DNA of 64,000 nucleotides, taken from the NCBI GenBank assembly GCA_964535655.1, contig CAZHTP010000003.1, positions 1,186 to 65,185 on the forward strand, written 5' to 3'. Below are positions 29,407 through 38,630 of the stretch, piece by piece. This stretch comes from an uncultured Gammaproteobacteria bacterium. Its GTDB lineage: Bacteria > Patescibacteriota > Microgenomatia > JALYQM01. Position numbers and translations under genes: made by a program. The notes beneath the pieces were generated by a model. The model made no database searches, was not told the DNA's origin, and saw only the letters and a list, made by a program, of their open reading frames with translations. Position 1 is the first letter of the stretch. Each line of letters opens with the position of its first letter.

Positions 29407-29757
29407 TTACCTAATTAGAATGTGTTTAAAATATTGTTCCTGGAAATGAACTCCCTTTTCAATATCTTCATCTGAGATATTTGATTGTGAATCTGGCACA
29501 ACTATTAACTTATCATCATTGTCATCAAGCCGGTGAAGTATCGCAATACACGTTCCAGTAAATTCATCTACTGATTCATTAACTCCTAAAACATAGGCAT
29601 CCAGCTCTTCCCCATCCGCAGATTGAGTGTTTTCTATATACCCGTAATTCACCGGATAAATATATCCGTGCTTTGGATGTTTGCTGCCCTGCGGTCTATC
29701 AATTTTTACGGTTACTATTTGGGAGATATATTTTCGGTTGTTATCTAAATCAGACAT
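29407..29757 (-). CDS. Short inorganic-pyrophosphatase-like protein (family I PPase fold fragment/minimal form)
   Basis: 'YPVNYGYIENTQSADGEELDAYVL' matches the PPase 'YPxNYGxIxxTxxxDGDPxDVLV' core. Only 116 aa. Confidence 0.5.
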   Translation of the reverse strand: MSDLDNNRKYISQIVTVKIDRPQGSKHPKHGYIYPVNYGYIENTQSADGEELDAYVLGVNESVDEFTGTCIAILHRLDDNDDKLIVVPDSQSNISDEDIEKGVHFQEQYFKHILIR

Positions 29758-29943
29758 ACTTTGTCATTTCCTAACTCACGATCTTAAGTAACCTTAAGTA
29801 TTATTTTACCATCCTGTTTAGTCGGACAGAAACTCCGCACTGGCACTAGACCCAAAAACTATGAAAAATTAGGGATGGGGTAGAAAAAATCAGTTTGGAT
29901 AAAAGAAGTACGAACAAGATCCAGCCACTGACCCCAAGTGGAT

Positions 29944-29969
29944 ACCGTTCAAAAACGGTCACTTTTTTT
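29944..29969 (+). terminator. Rho-independent terminator-like hairpin on the plus strand
   Basis: ACCGTT-caaa-AACGGT followed by CACTTTTTTT. No plus-strand CDS precedes it. Confidence 0.45.
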
Positions 29970-30322
29970 CTTAAAATTGTCTAAAAATTCTCTTATGGGT
30001 AGAGGATTGTTCGAGTGATGTTGTTCCATTTAAGTGTTTAAATTTACCTCGACAATCTGTAAACGGCATGGTTCTTCTTTTAAGAAAATAGCCATTTAAC
30101 CAGAGGTCAGCGTGCTCAAATGTGACAGGTACCTGGTAACTCGCCCACTTCCTGTCATTGCTCCACTATATGGCTCAATAGCCGACGGACTATTGTGGGT
30201 CTCAACTTTTCCGCAGATTGTTTGTCCGTCATAAAATCTAATTACTCCTTAATTATCTACAAATTAGGTTTGAATTTTATTTGTGATTTACATCACCTTA
30301 TCTCGATTCAATATTAGATATA

Positions 30323-30394
30323 ATGAGCTATTATATGAACCGCATTTCGTATGTCACAACAAACGGAAGTACCTGCTTTTGTACTACGCACTGA
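30323..30394 (+). CDS. Candidate 23-aa small peptide ORF (MSYYMNRISYVTTNGSTCFCTTH), possible RiPP precursor
   Basis: Cys/Thr-rich C-terminus, immediately at the 5' edge of the SPASM radical SAM gene. Speculative: no clear RBS, and it overlaps the annotated rSAM start in another frame. Confidence 0.15.
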   Translation: MSYYMNRISYVTTNGSTCFCTTH

Positions 30395-31712
30395 AAATTC
30401 TGGTGACTTACTGTGGAGTCATAGTCGAGACACCTATTTTTTTGTTTCTCAAGCTGCTCACACAACCGCAATAAGACAGGTTGCTCAAGGCGACTTATCG
30501 ATCGAAAATATTGACGACCCTCAGCTTCAAGCTGAACTGATGCAAATAGGATTTGATGGCTCACAAAAAACCCGAATAGTGGATAGCCCGATACCTGGTA
30601 GATTAAGCGCTCCGCTTGAAACATATTTTGATTACACTTGGGCGTGTAACTTACGATGCAGTTATTGTTATAATTTCGATGTTCCGCGGGCGACAACCTT
30701 ACCTTCACAACAAATCCGCCACGTATTTGCAGAGCTTGCACAAAATGGCGTGATGCGAACACACTTGGCTGGTGGAGAACCAATGATTAACCCTCGAGGA
30801 CTTCGTACCTATTTGGAGAGTGCGGCTGAGAATGGACTTCGCGCTTCAGTTAATTCGAATGGTACCTTGTTTACTGACGAAATTGCTGATTTTGTATTCG
30901 GACAAAATTTAGTCTCACTTACTTTTAGTGTTGATGGCCCTTCTTCACAGCTGCATGATCATTGGAGAGGCCCTGGTAGTTTCGATATTACAACGGCTGC
31001 GGTGAGGCGTGCCGTGGCGAAAAAGCAGGCTACTGGTAGCGATACACGAATTCAGATAAAGGCGGTATGGTTCCCTACAACATCTCATGAAGAACTCGCA
31101 GGACTGGTTGCTTTAGGAATTAATCTTGGTGCTGATGTTGTACAGTTTCACAACCCTGAACGGTGTACAAATCATCCGAATGGATACTACTCGAAGCTAG
31201 TACCGGATTATTACGACAAGCTTAGCTATATAACTCAGTTACAAGAGAAGTACGCTGACCGAATCGCTGTCTGGAATGTATGTAATCCACTTGCGACACA
31301 AATGCCAATTGGTATTCCTGGAGGGCATGGGTGTATCGGAGGGCAGGAGTTGATTGCGATTAATCCCGATGGAAGCATGTCTCCCTGCTTAATGCACCAC
31401 GCTAATCTCGGGAATTTATTTACTGATTGGGGTGGTTCTTTTTCTGATTTTTGGAGAAACTCTGAAGTATTGGCAGAATTCCAAGCAAAAGTACAAAGAG
31501 TTGATGCAACATGTATGAATTGCGCAGTGTATAGCGCCTGTCGCGGAGGTAGCAAAACGAGAGTGATCGCTGATAGTGGTAATGCATGGAAAGATGGTGC
31601 TCGAGATCCATTTTGCCCGGCAGATTATGCCCAGAACGCACGGATACCACTAACTCCAGTACCATCTAGCTCCAAAATATTACAAAGAATCTCAGTGGCA
31701 CATTCACTCTAG
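30351..31712 (+). CDS. Radical SAM / SPASM-domain protein with about 90-aa N-terminal extension (possible RRE-fused peptide maturase)
   Basis: 'CNLRCSYCYN' (CX3CX2C) at residues ~98-105. C-terminal Cys-rich SPASM region 'CMNCAVYSACRGG...CPADY'. GC visibly higher than flanks. Confidence 0.75.
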   Translation: MSQQTEVPAFVLRTENSGDLLWSHSRDTYFFVSQAAHTTAIRQVAQGDLSIENIDDPQLQAELMQIGFDGSQKTRIVDSPIPGRLSAPLETYFDYTWACNLRCSYCYNFDVPRATTLPSQQIRHVFAELAQNGVMRTHLAGGEPMINPRGLRTYLESAAENGLRASVNSNGTLFTDEIADFVFGQNLVSLTFSVDGPSSQLHDHWRGPGSFDITTAAVRRAVAKKQATGSDTRIQIKAVWFPTTSHEELAGLVALGINLGADVVQFHNPERCTNHPNGYYSKLVPDYYDKLSYITQLQEKYADRIAVWNVCNPLATQMPIGIPGGHGCIGGQELIAINPDGSMSPCLMHHANLGNLFTDWGGSFSDFWRNSEVLAEFQAKVQRVDATCMNCAVYSACRGGSKTRVIADSGNAWKDGARDPFCPADYAQNARIPLTPVPSSSKILQRISVAHSL

Positions 31713-31724
31713 TTGTAGGTTAAG

Positions 31725-32975
31725 ATGGAACGTATTAACTTAATAAATTTTTATCCTCCCCAGCGTATTGATCGTTATCCGACCCCACTTACACTTGGAG
31801 TTGCTCGGTTAGGAGCATATCTCTCGCATAGACAGCAGGAAGTTCGGATCATTAGCTTACCACTCGGAGAGGCGGCTCCGAACGATGTGCTAATGCGCGG
31901 TGATCCAACAATTGTCGGGTTCACTGTAAATTTCTGGGATAGAACACATGTCTTGCGGACCTTAGAGGAGATAAGAGCAGGTGGCTTCAATGGAGATATC
32001 CTGCTTGGTGGACCCGAGGCAGGTATTTTACGTCTTCAACAGACACCACTCCCGACCCCTGATAAAACGTTTATCGTGCCCTACGACGGTGAGCCAGCCA
32101 TGGATAGTTACCTTGATCGTCGTCATCTACTGCAGCGCAATGAAATGCAAGCTCTTCTTGCTACTCCAGTACGAATGCACGGCCGAGTAGCGCTACCTGT
32201 GGGACTAACGCTTTTTTCTCCCGCATTTCAGGAATTACTCACCTCTGATTTTCAACGAGATTCTTCTTATACCTGGTATGATACCGTGCGAGGATGTCCC
32301 TATACCTGCGGATATTGTGATCACGGCAGGAATAGGCGAAATGTCTCAGCATATCCAGAAGAGCATGTCGAAGAAGAAATCACGAATATAGGACGTAAAT
32401 ACCAAGATGCATTCGTAATAGATCCAATTATAGGAGGTGGAAATCCTCATGCGGCAGTACATCGACTTCGTCAATTTAATTCTTTAGCTCCCAGCACAGC
32501 TCTTGAGTATTATCTTCGACCTGAGATGATAACAGAAGAGGTAGTTGCTGCTGCGAAAGTGACCAATACTCGGAATATTTTCGTTGGATTACAAACACTC
32601 AACCCCGCTGTCCCTCATTGGCTGAGAAAGAATAATCCATCATCATTACCGCGAATTACTGAACTTTGTCAGGGTGCGCCGGTCACGGTTGAGTTAATTG
32701 TTGGTCTACCAGGTGACACACTTGAAGGACTAAAAGTAACACTGCGTCGTGTGGCTGAGGAACTACATCCGCGCCATATCGCTGCATATTCATTAAGTGT
32801 CTTGGATGGAACCCAGCTACGAGAAAACCTTGACGCACATGATTCAGAAATTTGGGTTGAGCGTAATCCAGAAACGCATCGAGCAACAGCATCTTCATCA
32901 TATTCTTCAGCTGATCTTCAAACAATGACTAGGTATGCTGCAGAATTTGTTGCTGAATATAACTTATTTTCTTGA
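31725..32975 (+). CDS. B12-binding-domain radical SAM protein (class B rSAM, putative methyltransferase)
   Basis: N-terminal Rossmann-like B12-binding region. 'VRGCPYTCGYCDHG' CX3CX2C variant. 416 aa. Confidence 0.6.
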   Translation: MERINLINFYPPQRIDRYPTPLTLGVARLGAYLSHRQQEVRIISLPLGEAAPNDVLMRGDPTIVGFTVNFWDRTHVLRTLEEIRAGGFNGDILLGGPEAGILRLQQTPLPTPDKTFIVPYDGEPAMDSYLDRRHLLQRNEMQALLATPVRMHGRVALPVGLTLFSPAFQELLTSDFQRDSSYTWYDTVRGCPYTCGYCDHGRNRRNVSAYPEEHVEEEITNIGRKYQDAFVIDPIIGGGNPHAAVHRLRQFNSLAPSTALEYYLRPEMITEEVVAAAKVTNTRNIFVGLQTLNPAVPHWLRKNNPSSLPRITELCQGAPVTVELIVGLPGDTLEGLKVTLRRVAEELHPRHIAAYSLSVLDGTQLRENLDAHDSEIWVERNPETHRATASSSYSSADLQTMTRYAAEFVAEYNLFS

Positions 32976-33792
32976 GATACATTTCGTATAATTCCGAATC
33001 TTCTTGCGTAGCTTCTTGTTGTTTGATTCTTTTATAGAAAAAACTTGCCCCAATCCAAGCACGTGCAAGCATTCCGGTTAAAATGGAGGAGGTGTTTAGT
33101 GGCTCTTGCCAATATCTTTGCAATTGCTGCAGATCAAACTGCTCCTCGGGCAAGTACAAATAGAAACACGACATAAATAAACAAGCAGCTTGGAAATCCG
33201 GTGGTGCGTATATAACGGCTTCGGCATCTACGAAAAATGCCTGGTTATTGTCAATTAAGATATTCCCTCTGTGCAGGTCATAATGTGTCAGTACAAGGTC
33301 TGAGGCGGACAAATACTGGTTCGTGTAAAGATAGTCACCAATTTGCGATAAATACTCATCTTCGATCACTCGTTCCTGACAATTTTTTATCAAATCGTGT
33401 AGCGTTTTACCTGAATGTGGCCTACTATTTTTAGCACTTTTTTTAAACTCTTTTACGACTGTGAAAATGGCTTGTGTCTGCGGATCACTAAGGGTGCCGT
33501 AACAATGCTTTCCTTGAAAGTAGGTCAGTATCTGTATGTATCTATTTTCACTACAACGTATAGTGCCTAATAACCGAGGTAATATATCTGGAGCGATATT
33601 TTTCAAGACATTTTTCTGGTGTTCTATCTCCCCTGAGGTTCGTTGCTTTAAATCTTTTATAACTAGTGTTTTACCAAAAATTGTTACGAAATAAACATCA
33701 GATGCTTTTGCTACTTGAGACTTTTCTATAGCAAAGAACTTTCTCTGCTTGTTAGCGTGCGGTTCTTTTTTGTATCTCATGGTCCAGCCCAT
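32929..33792 (-). CDS. Aminoglycoside-phosphotransferase/choline-kinase-like protein kinase
   Basis: Brenner motif 'HYDLHRGNILID' and 'FVDAE'. 287 aa. Confidence 0.55.
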   Translation of the reverse strand: MGWTMRYKKEPHANKQRKFFAIEKSQVAKASDVYFVTIFGKTLVIKDLKQRTSGEIEHQKNVLKNIAPDILPRLLGTIRCSENRYIQILTYFQGKHCYGTLSDPQTQAIFTVVKEFKKSAKNSRPHSGKTLHDLIKNCQERVIEDEYLSQIGDYLYTNQYLSASDLVLTHYDLHRGNILIDNNQAFFVDAEAVIYAPPDFQAACLFMSCFYLYLPEEQFDLQQLQRYWQEPLNTSSILTGMLARAWIGASFFYKRIKQQEATQEDSELYEMYLKKISYIQQQILQHT

Positions 33793-35032
33793 CTATACTA
33801 TCTATTGGTTGAAGGAAGGTCTCAAACGTTCCTGTTCGACTTTTCACTTCAAATGAATTTGTTTCAAGTGTTTTGTTTGATACGATGAGTACTACTGGAC
33901 ATCCAATTAACTCCGCGTCCCTAAACTGTTCTCCTGCGCTGACGGTAGTTCTATCATCGTAGAGCAAGTCACTTTTTAACTGTGTGTATATTTTCTCTGC
34001 TGTTTCATGGGACTTGTCCCCTTTCAGTGCAACGAGGTGATATAGATATGGTGATACTTCTTTTGGCCAACAAAGACCTCTATCGTCCGAGAATTTCTCA
34101 GCAATAATGGCCATCAAGCGACTGGTGCCGATACCATAGCAGCCCATGTAGACGTCTGATAAACTATTTTTATCGTTCATATATTGATAGCCAAAAGATT
34201 TTGAGAATTTGGTATTAAGTGGAAAAATGTTACCTACTTCGCTTGCACTTACAATCTCGAGTTGAGAGAAATCGACACCTAGTTTTTTGGCGTCTTCCTC
34301 AGTAGTAACTTCTTTGTTGTAGGCTATTTTGTTTTTTCTATCCAGATAGATTGTGTCCTCTCCTGTTGAAAGTAACGTCTGGAACTCATGCGAATATTCT
34401 GTCGTGAAGTCTCCTCCAGAGGCATAGGTAATGAAAGTAGATTCACCAATTCCAACATTATTAAAAATATTCATGTAGTGGATTTTCACCTTCTCGTAAA
34501 AGTGGAGTAAATCTTCCTCAGAGACATGGAAACTGTACAGATCTTTCATTCGAAATTCACGACAGCGTAGAAGACCGGACTTAGCTCGAGCTTCGTTTCG
34601 AAATTTAGTTTGGATTTGATACACACATACCGGCAGATCTTTATATGACTGCGCATAGTGCTGTACGAGTGGAGTAACCAGTTCTTCGTGGGTAGAATTC
34701 AAGATATATTCAGTACTGTTTCTCAAGGCTGATTCTTTGTTCGCACCACTAACTTTGAAAAGAACATCAACTTTTTCTAACCGTTTTGTTTTTTCCCAGC
34801 TGCTGGTATTGGATAGTGATGGCATAAGCACTTCAACCCCGATTTTGTTCATTTCTTCGCGAACTACCTGTTCTATTTTATTCAGGACACGCAATCCAAG
34901 CGGAAGGAAGGTATACACTCCGGCAATCTCCTGATAGATGTAGCCTGCTTGCATGAGCAACCGTGCGTTTACTGATTCAATATTTTGGTCTATTGATCGC
35001 TTGGTTTTAACAAAGTTTTCACTGAATTTCAT
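33752..35032 (-). CDS. proS: Proline--tRNA ligase (compact form lacking insertion/editing domain)
   Basis: Class II motif 2 'RCREFRMKDLYSFH'. N-terminus 'ARLLMQAGYIYQEIAGVYTFLPLGLRVLNKIEQVVREEMN' is typical of ProRS. Only 426 aa. Confidence 0.75.
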   Translation of the reverse strand: MKFSENFVKTKRSIDQNIESVNARLLMQAGYIYQEIAGVYTFLPLGLRVLNKIEQVVREEMNKIGVEVLMPSLSNTSSWEKTKRLEKVDVLFKVSGANKESALRNSTEYILNSTHEELVTPLVQHYAQSYKDLPVCVYQIQTKFRNEARAKSGLLRCREFRMKDLYSFHVSEEDLLHFYEKVKIHYMNIFNNVGIGESTFITYASGGDFTTEYSHEFQTLLSTGEDTIYLDRKNKIAYNKEVTTEEDAKKLGVDFSQLEIVSASEVGNIFPLNTKFSKSFGYQYMNDKNSLSDVYMGCYGIGTSRLMAIIAEKFSDDRGLCWPKEVSPYLYHLVALKGDKSHETAEKIYTQLKSDLLYDDRTTVSAGEQFRDAELIGCPVVLIVSNKTLETNSFEVKSRTGTFETFLQPIDSIDGLDHEIQKRTAR

Positions 35033-35048
35033 AGTTTGTCTGATCTCC

Positions 35049-35534
35049 TTACAATAAAATTTTTATTATTTGATTCCATCGCATGGCAAAATCACTTTTC
35101 GTTAAAGGACCTTCAAACAGGATGGTCTGAATACTCGTGTTATTTTTTTGTTTAATCAATGTATATAGCTCGACGCTATCGTCAATCATTAATGATAATA
35201 AAGCCTCTTCTGTTATGTTACTTGTTTCGAGGGAACGTGCTGTAATGTATCCCTTAAGATACTCCTGTTCATGTAAAGGATGTAATGACTCTAAACAATT
35301 TTCCATTAGAGGCATATCGCGATAATAATCATCTCTTTTACGAATATGTTCGTAAAAATCTTCGTGAATGCCATAAGAATCATAGGTTTGTGAAATGCTC
35401 TTAGTTATAAGGACTTCTTCATAGGTTGGTACTTTTATAAATCCCTGATCTAGCGCTAGTCGGTTTATAATCGCTACTTTGTGAATAACGTCGTTAAAGA
35501 TGGTCTGATCAAGGTCAAGATATATTGATTTCAT
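35049..35534 (-). CDS. Hypothetical protein, possibly HAD-like
   Basis: N-terminal 'IYLDLDQTIF' resembles HAD motif I. 161 aa. Confidence 0.35.
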   Translation of the reverse strand: MKSIYLDLDQTIFNDVIHKVAIINRLALDQGFIKVPTYEEVLITKSISQTYDSYGIHEDFYEHIRKRDDYYRDMPLMENCLESLHPLHEQEYLKGYITARSLETSNITEEALLSLMIDDSVELYTLIKQKNNTSIQTILFEGPLTKSDFAMRWNQIIKILL

Positions 35535-36243
35535 TATAACTGCCTTATTTTACACCTTTTTATTCTTCCTGCACACCGTCCAGCGAACTGGATCTCTCTT
35601 ACCCCTTTTGTAGCCGAATTATAGCAAAACTGCTTGTAATACGGTACTCACTACAAGGTTCGAAATTACTAGGAACTAAATTCTACCCTGCGGTTGCTGT
35701 CACTATAAAAGTTCAGGAAATGCTGGTTAAGAAGTTTAAACTTGATAGCGGGTTAATTAAAGTTTTAGTTGATTGGTACCCCGTATAGTGAGAGAAGATT
35801 CTGAGAAAAATAATATAATCTCAGGACAAAGAAAGCGGGGTGACAAAACAAATGCAGAGAAAAATATTCTCAAAAGAGATCAAAGCGGAAATAGATTGTG
35901 AACCAATAATATAGTTAACTGTTTTTTTATCATTGGCTGCTATGTCTTTTATAAACCCTGAAGTTAGATTGAAAAAGGAATTTTTGGAAGAAGCTACACA
36001 ATTTGCACGAGGATTACTTTCACGAAAACATCGGGTAAATCTTGCTCAAAGGGAGCAGCATCTATAGAATGGGTGTCTAGTATCATTTAGAAGGCGCTGG
36101 GCTTGGTGCGGGCACTGGCTCATCATCATAGTTACCATCCTCTTTACCCGGTACATCATCTGGATCTTCAGGTTCGACTTCGGGTAATTCTTCTCCTAAA
36201 TAGATTGTGTATGGTGTTGAAAGCATAAGTACTCCTTTGTGCT

Positions 36244-37332
36244 CTATTTTATACGTATTATTTCTTCTTGCAACTGTTTTTTATTTGTAATTATTTTTTT
36301 AGATATATTTGCTTGAAGGCCAATTACTTCCAAACCGCTATTGGTTTTTTTGAATGCTAAGTTATATAAAATTGGCCGATTTACGGAAAAACCGCCGGAT
36401 ATCCATAAGATATCGTTGGTTCTAATTATATTATTGATTGTATTATAAATTAGCTTATTTTTTTCTCTAAAATGAACTAGAATATTATGTAGTCCGAAAA
36501 TATATTGTTCTCTATTTCTTTGAATTCTTAATTCTAATGGCTCGATTTGAATGTCGTGATTAAAGAGTTGTAGATCGATTTGACTTTCCACCTCTAAGTA
36601 TTTTTTATGATCAATTTCAATCTTACTATTTGTTTTAAAATTAATGTAGGATTTTATTTCTTTGATCTGCGCTTTACTTAAGATATCGGTTGTAATAAGG
36701 TATTTAGATTTTAAATGTTTTTTTATTTCAACTGCCTGAATACCTACAGATGCGCCGACTTCAAGATACGTGTTATTCTCTTTAATGTCTTTTTTGAGTA
36801 TGTTAAAGAATGCTATATCTATGCGATTTATACCTGTTGTAGTAAGAATTCGAGTGATTGGGTATAGGTTGAGTAATGAATCTCTGCTTACCTTGTTACA
36901 GATCTTAATTGCTTCTCTGGCTAATTGTCTGTCCCACTGGGGTGGGGCAATGTTAGTTCTTAGATAGACTGATTTTATAAAACTAATTATCGGAACTGGT
37001 GTGATAATCCCAGCGTGATCTCTTTGTTTTGAAATAAATTCAAGAAGGTTGCGGAACTGGGAATTTGAGTTAATATGATTTATAATTTCGTCAATAAATT
37101 CTTGTGTATAGTCTTTGTTTTGAATTAATTTAAAGGATACTAATTGCCGTGTTAGAATATCTGTAGACATTAAATAAAGCATGTCAGGATCTTGGCAATT
37201 TGAGCTACACAGATTTGAAAGTATATTACAAATTTCAGGAATGCTGGCTTCTTCCAATTGTATCAACAGTTTCCAGATGTGGTTAGTATGGGAATCAGCA
37301 TCATCCCAATAATTAGGCTCGTGTTTACTCAT
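36244..37332 (-). CDS. Hypothetical protein with C-terminal methyltransferase-like region
   Basis: 'YLEVGASVGIQAVE' resembles SAM-MTase motif I. 362 aa. Confidence 0.35.
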   Translation of the reverse strand: MSKHEPNYWDDADSHTNHIWKLLIQLEEASIPEICNILSNLCSSNCQDPDMLYLMSTDILTRQLVSFKLIQNKDYTQEFIDEIINHINSNSQFRNLLEFISKQRDHAGIITPVPIISFIKSVYLRTNIAPPQWDRQLAREAIKICNKVSRDSLLNLYPITRILTTTGINRIDIAFFNILKKDIKENNTYLEVGASVGIQAVEIKKHLKSKYLITTDILSKAQIKEIKSYINFKTNSKIEIDHKKYLEVESQIDLQLFNHDIQIEPLELRIQRNREQYIFGLHNILVHFREKNKLIYNTINNIIRTNDILWISGGFSVNRPILYNLAFKKTNSGLEVIGLQANISKKIITNKKQLQEEIIRIK

Positions 37333-37377
37333 AGATACTTTTGTTATAATTTATAAGGCATTGAAGGTTCAATAGTT

Positions 37378-37917
37378 ATGTCAGAGATTAGATTTCAATC
37401 CCAACTGTATACCATAGGATCCAAAATAATACTGCACTTACCATCAGAGGCTAGCGCTCACCTACCTACTCGGGGGATGGCCATGGTATCTGGGACTTTA
37501 AATGAAATTCCCTTTAAAACATTACTTGAGCCAGATGGCCGGTACGGAGTGGGTAAAAAGCCGAGCCATTGGTTTAGTCCCGATAAGAAGTTACTTAGCC
37601 AAGCGCATGCTACGAATGGAGATATTGTATCTGTTTCACTTGAACCAACAAAGGAATGGATTGAACCAGAAATTCCAGATGATTTTAAAAAAGCCTTGGC
37701 AACTTCAGCCAAGGCCACCGCAATTTGGGAAGAAATTACTCCTCTTGCTCATTGGGATTGGATTCGGTGGATTCGTGCAGTAAAAACTTCCGAGACTCGA
37801 AAAAAACACATTGAGGTTGCACTTGATAAAATGAATAAGGGAATGCGCCGCCCCTGCTGTTTTAATCGTAATCTTTGTAGCGATCCCGAAGTGTCTCATA
37901 ACTGGGTGCTTCTTTAA
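37378..37917 (+). CDS. DUF1905 / YdeI-OmpD-associated family protein
   Basis: C-terminal 'WEEITPLAHWDWIRWIRAVKTSETRKKHIE' block typical of the YdeI family. Confidence 0.5.
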   Translation: MSEIRFQSQLYTIGSKIILHLPSEASAHLPTRGMAMVSGTLNEIPFKTLLEPDGRYGVGKKPSHWFSPDKKLLSQAHATNGDIVSVSLEPTKEWIEPEIPDDFKKALATSAKATAIWEEITPLAHWDWIRWIRAVKTSETRKKHIEVALDKMNKGMRRPCCFNRNLCSDPEVSHNWVLL

Positions 37918-37925
37918 GAGTACTA

Positions 37926-38630
37926 TTAAAAGTTTCCAAATGGATATTTTACTTTATTCGCTAACTTAAATTGGTTAAAAAAGAATAGTAGAGATAATAC
38001 TGAATACAAAGAAATCATGTAGACTAGACCATATTTTTTAAAGCGACGATCGGAAACATACACTGTTACCGGAAGAATTCCGTATTTCCCTTTATGAGAC
38101 ACCCTGCGAATTAACTCGATATCATCATAGGTATATTCCCTGTTAAATTTGCCGTGAGAATCAAATACTTCTTTTTTAATAATTATTCCACAGCCAGCAC
38201 CAGAAGGGCTAATTTTTTGAAACAAATAAAAAAGTCTATTAAAGAATATAAAGAATCCATTGATTAGCGGTATTGAGTTTATTGGAGTGTAACGAGGTAT
38301 GGCGATATCCAATTTTTTTTTCTCAAATTCAGTTACTATTTTTTCAATAAAACTACTAGTAACGTGTGTATCAGCGTCTAGGAAAATAAGTACTTCGCCC
38401 GTGGCTTCCTCTGCTCCGCTATTTCGTTGCTCAGCAACTTGAGGTGTTTTTTCAAGTAACTTTACCTTTCTGAATTGCCGTATAGCTGCTGTTGTCTGAT
38501 CGCGAGAATTTCCGTCTACTACAATAACTTCGTGTGGAGCAAAGGTTTGCTGTGATAGATCTGATAAGATTGTCGAAATATACTTTTCTTCATTTAGCGT
38601 TGGGATAATTACGCTTACTCTGTTACTCAT
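37926..38630 (-). CDS. Family 2 glycosyltransferase (carotenoid glycosyltransferase candidate)
   Basis: 'VSVIIPTLNEE', 'FLDADT' DXD. Last gene of the crt operon. Confidence 0.7.
   Translation of the reverse strand: MSNRVSVIIPTLNEEKYISTILSDLSQQTFAPHEVIVVDGNSRDQTTAAIRQFRKVKLLEKTPQVAEQRNSGAEEATGEVLIFLDADTHVTSSFIEKIVTEFEKKKLDIAIPRYTPINSIPLINGFFIFFNRLFYLFQKISPSGAGCGIIIKKEVFDSHGKFNREYTYDDIELIRRVSHKGKYGILPVTVYVSDRRFKKYGLVYMISLYSVLSLLFFFNQFKLANKVKYPFGNF

Noticed and set aside
30331-30783. 150-aa minus-strand ORF overlapping the radical SAM gene start
   Set aside because: It is antisense to the well-supported rSAM N-terminus (CX3CX2C motif on the plus strand) and has no recognisable features. Treated as a shadow ORF.
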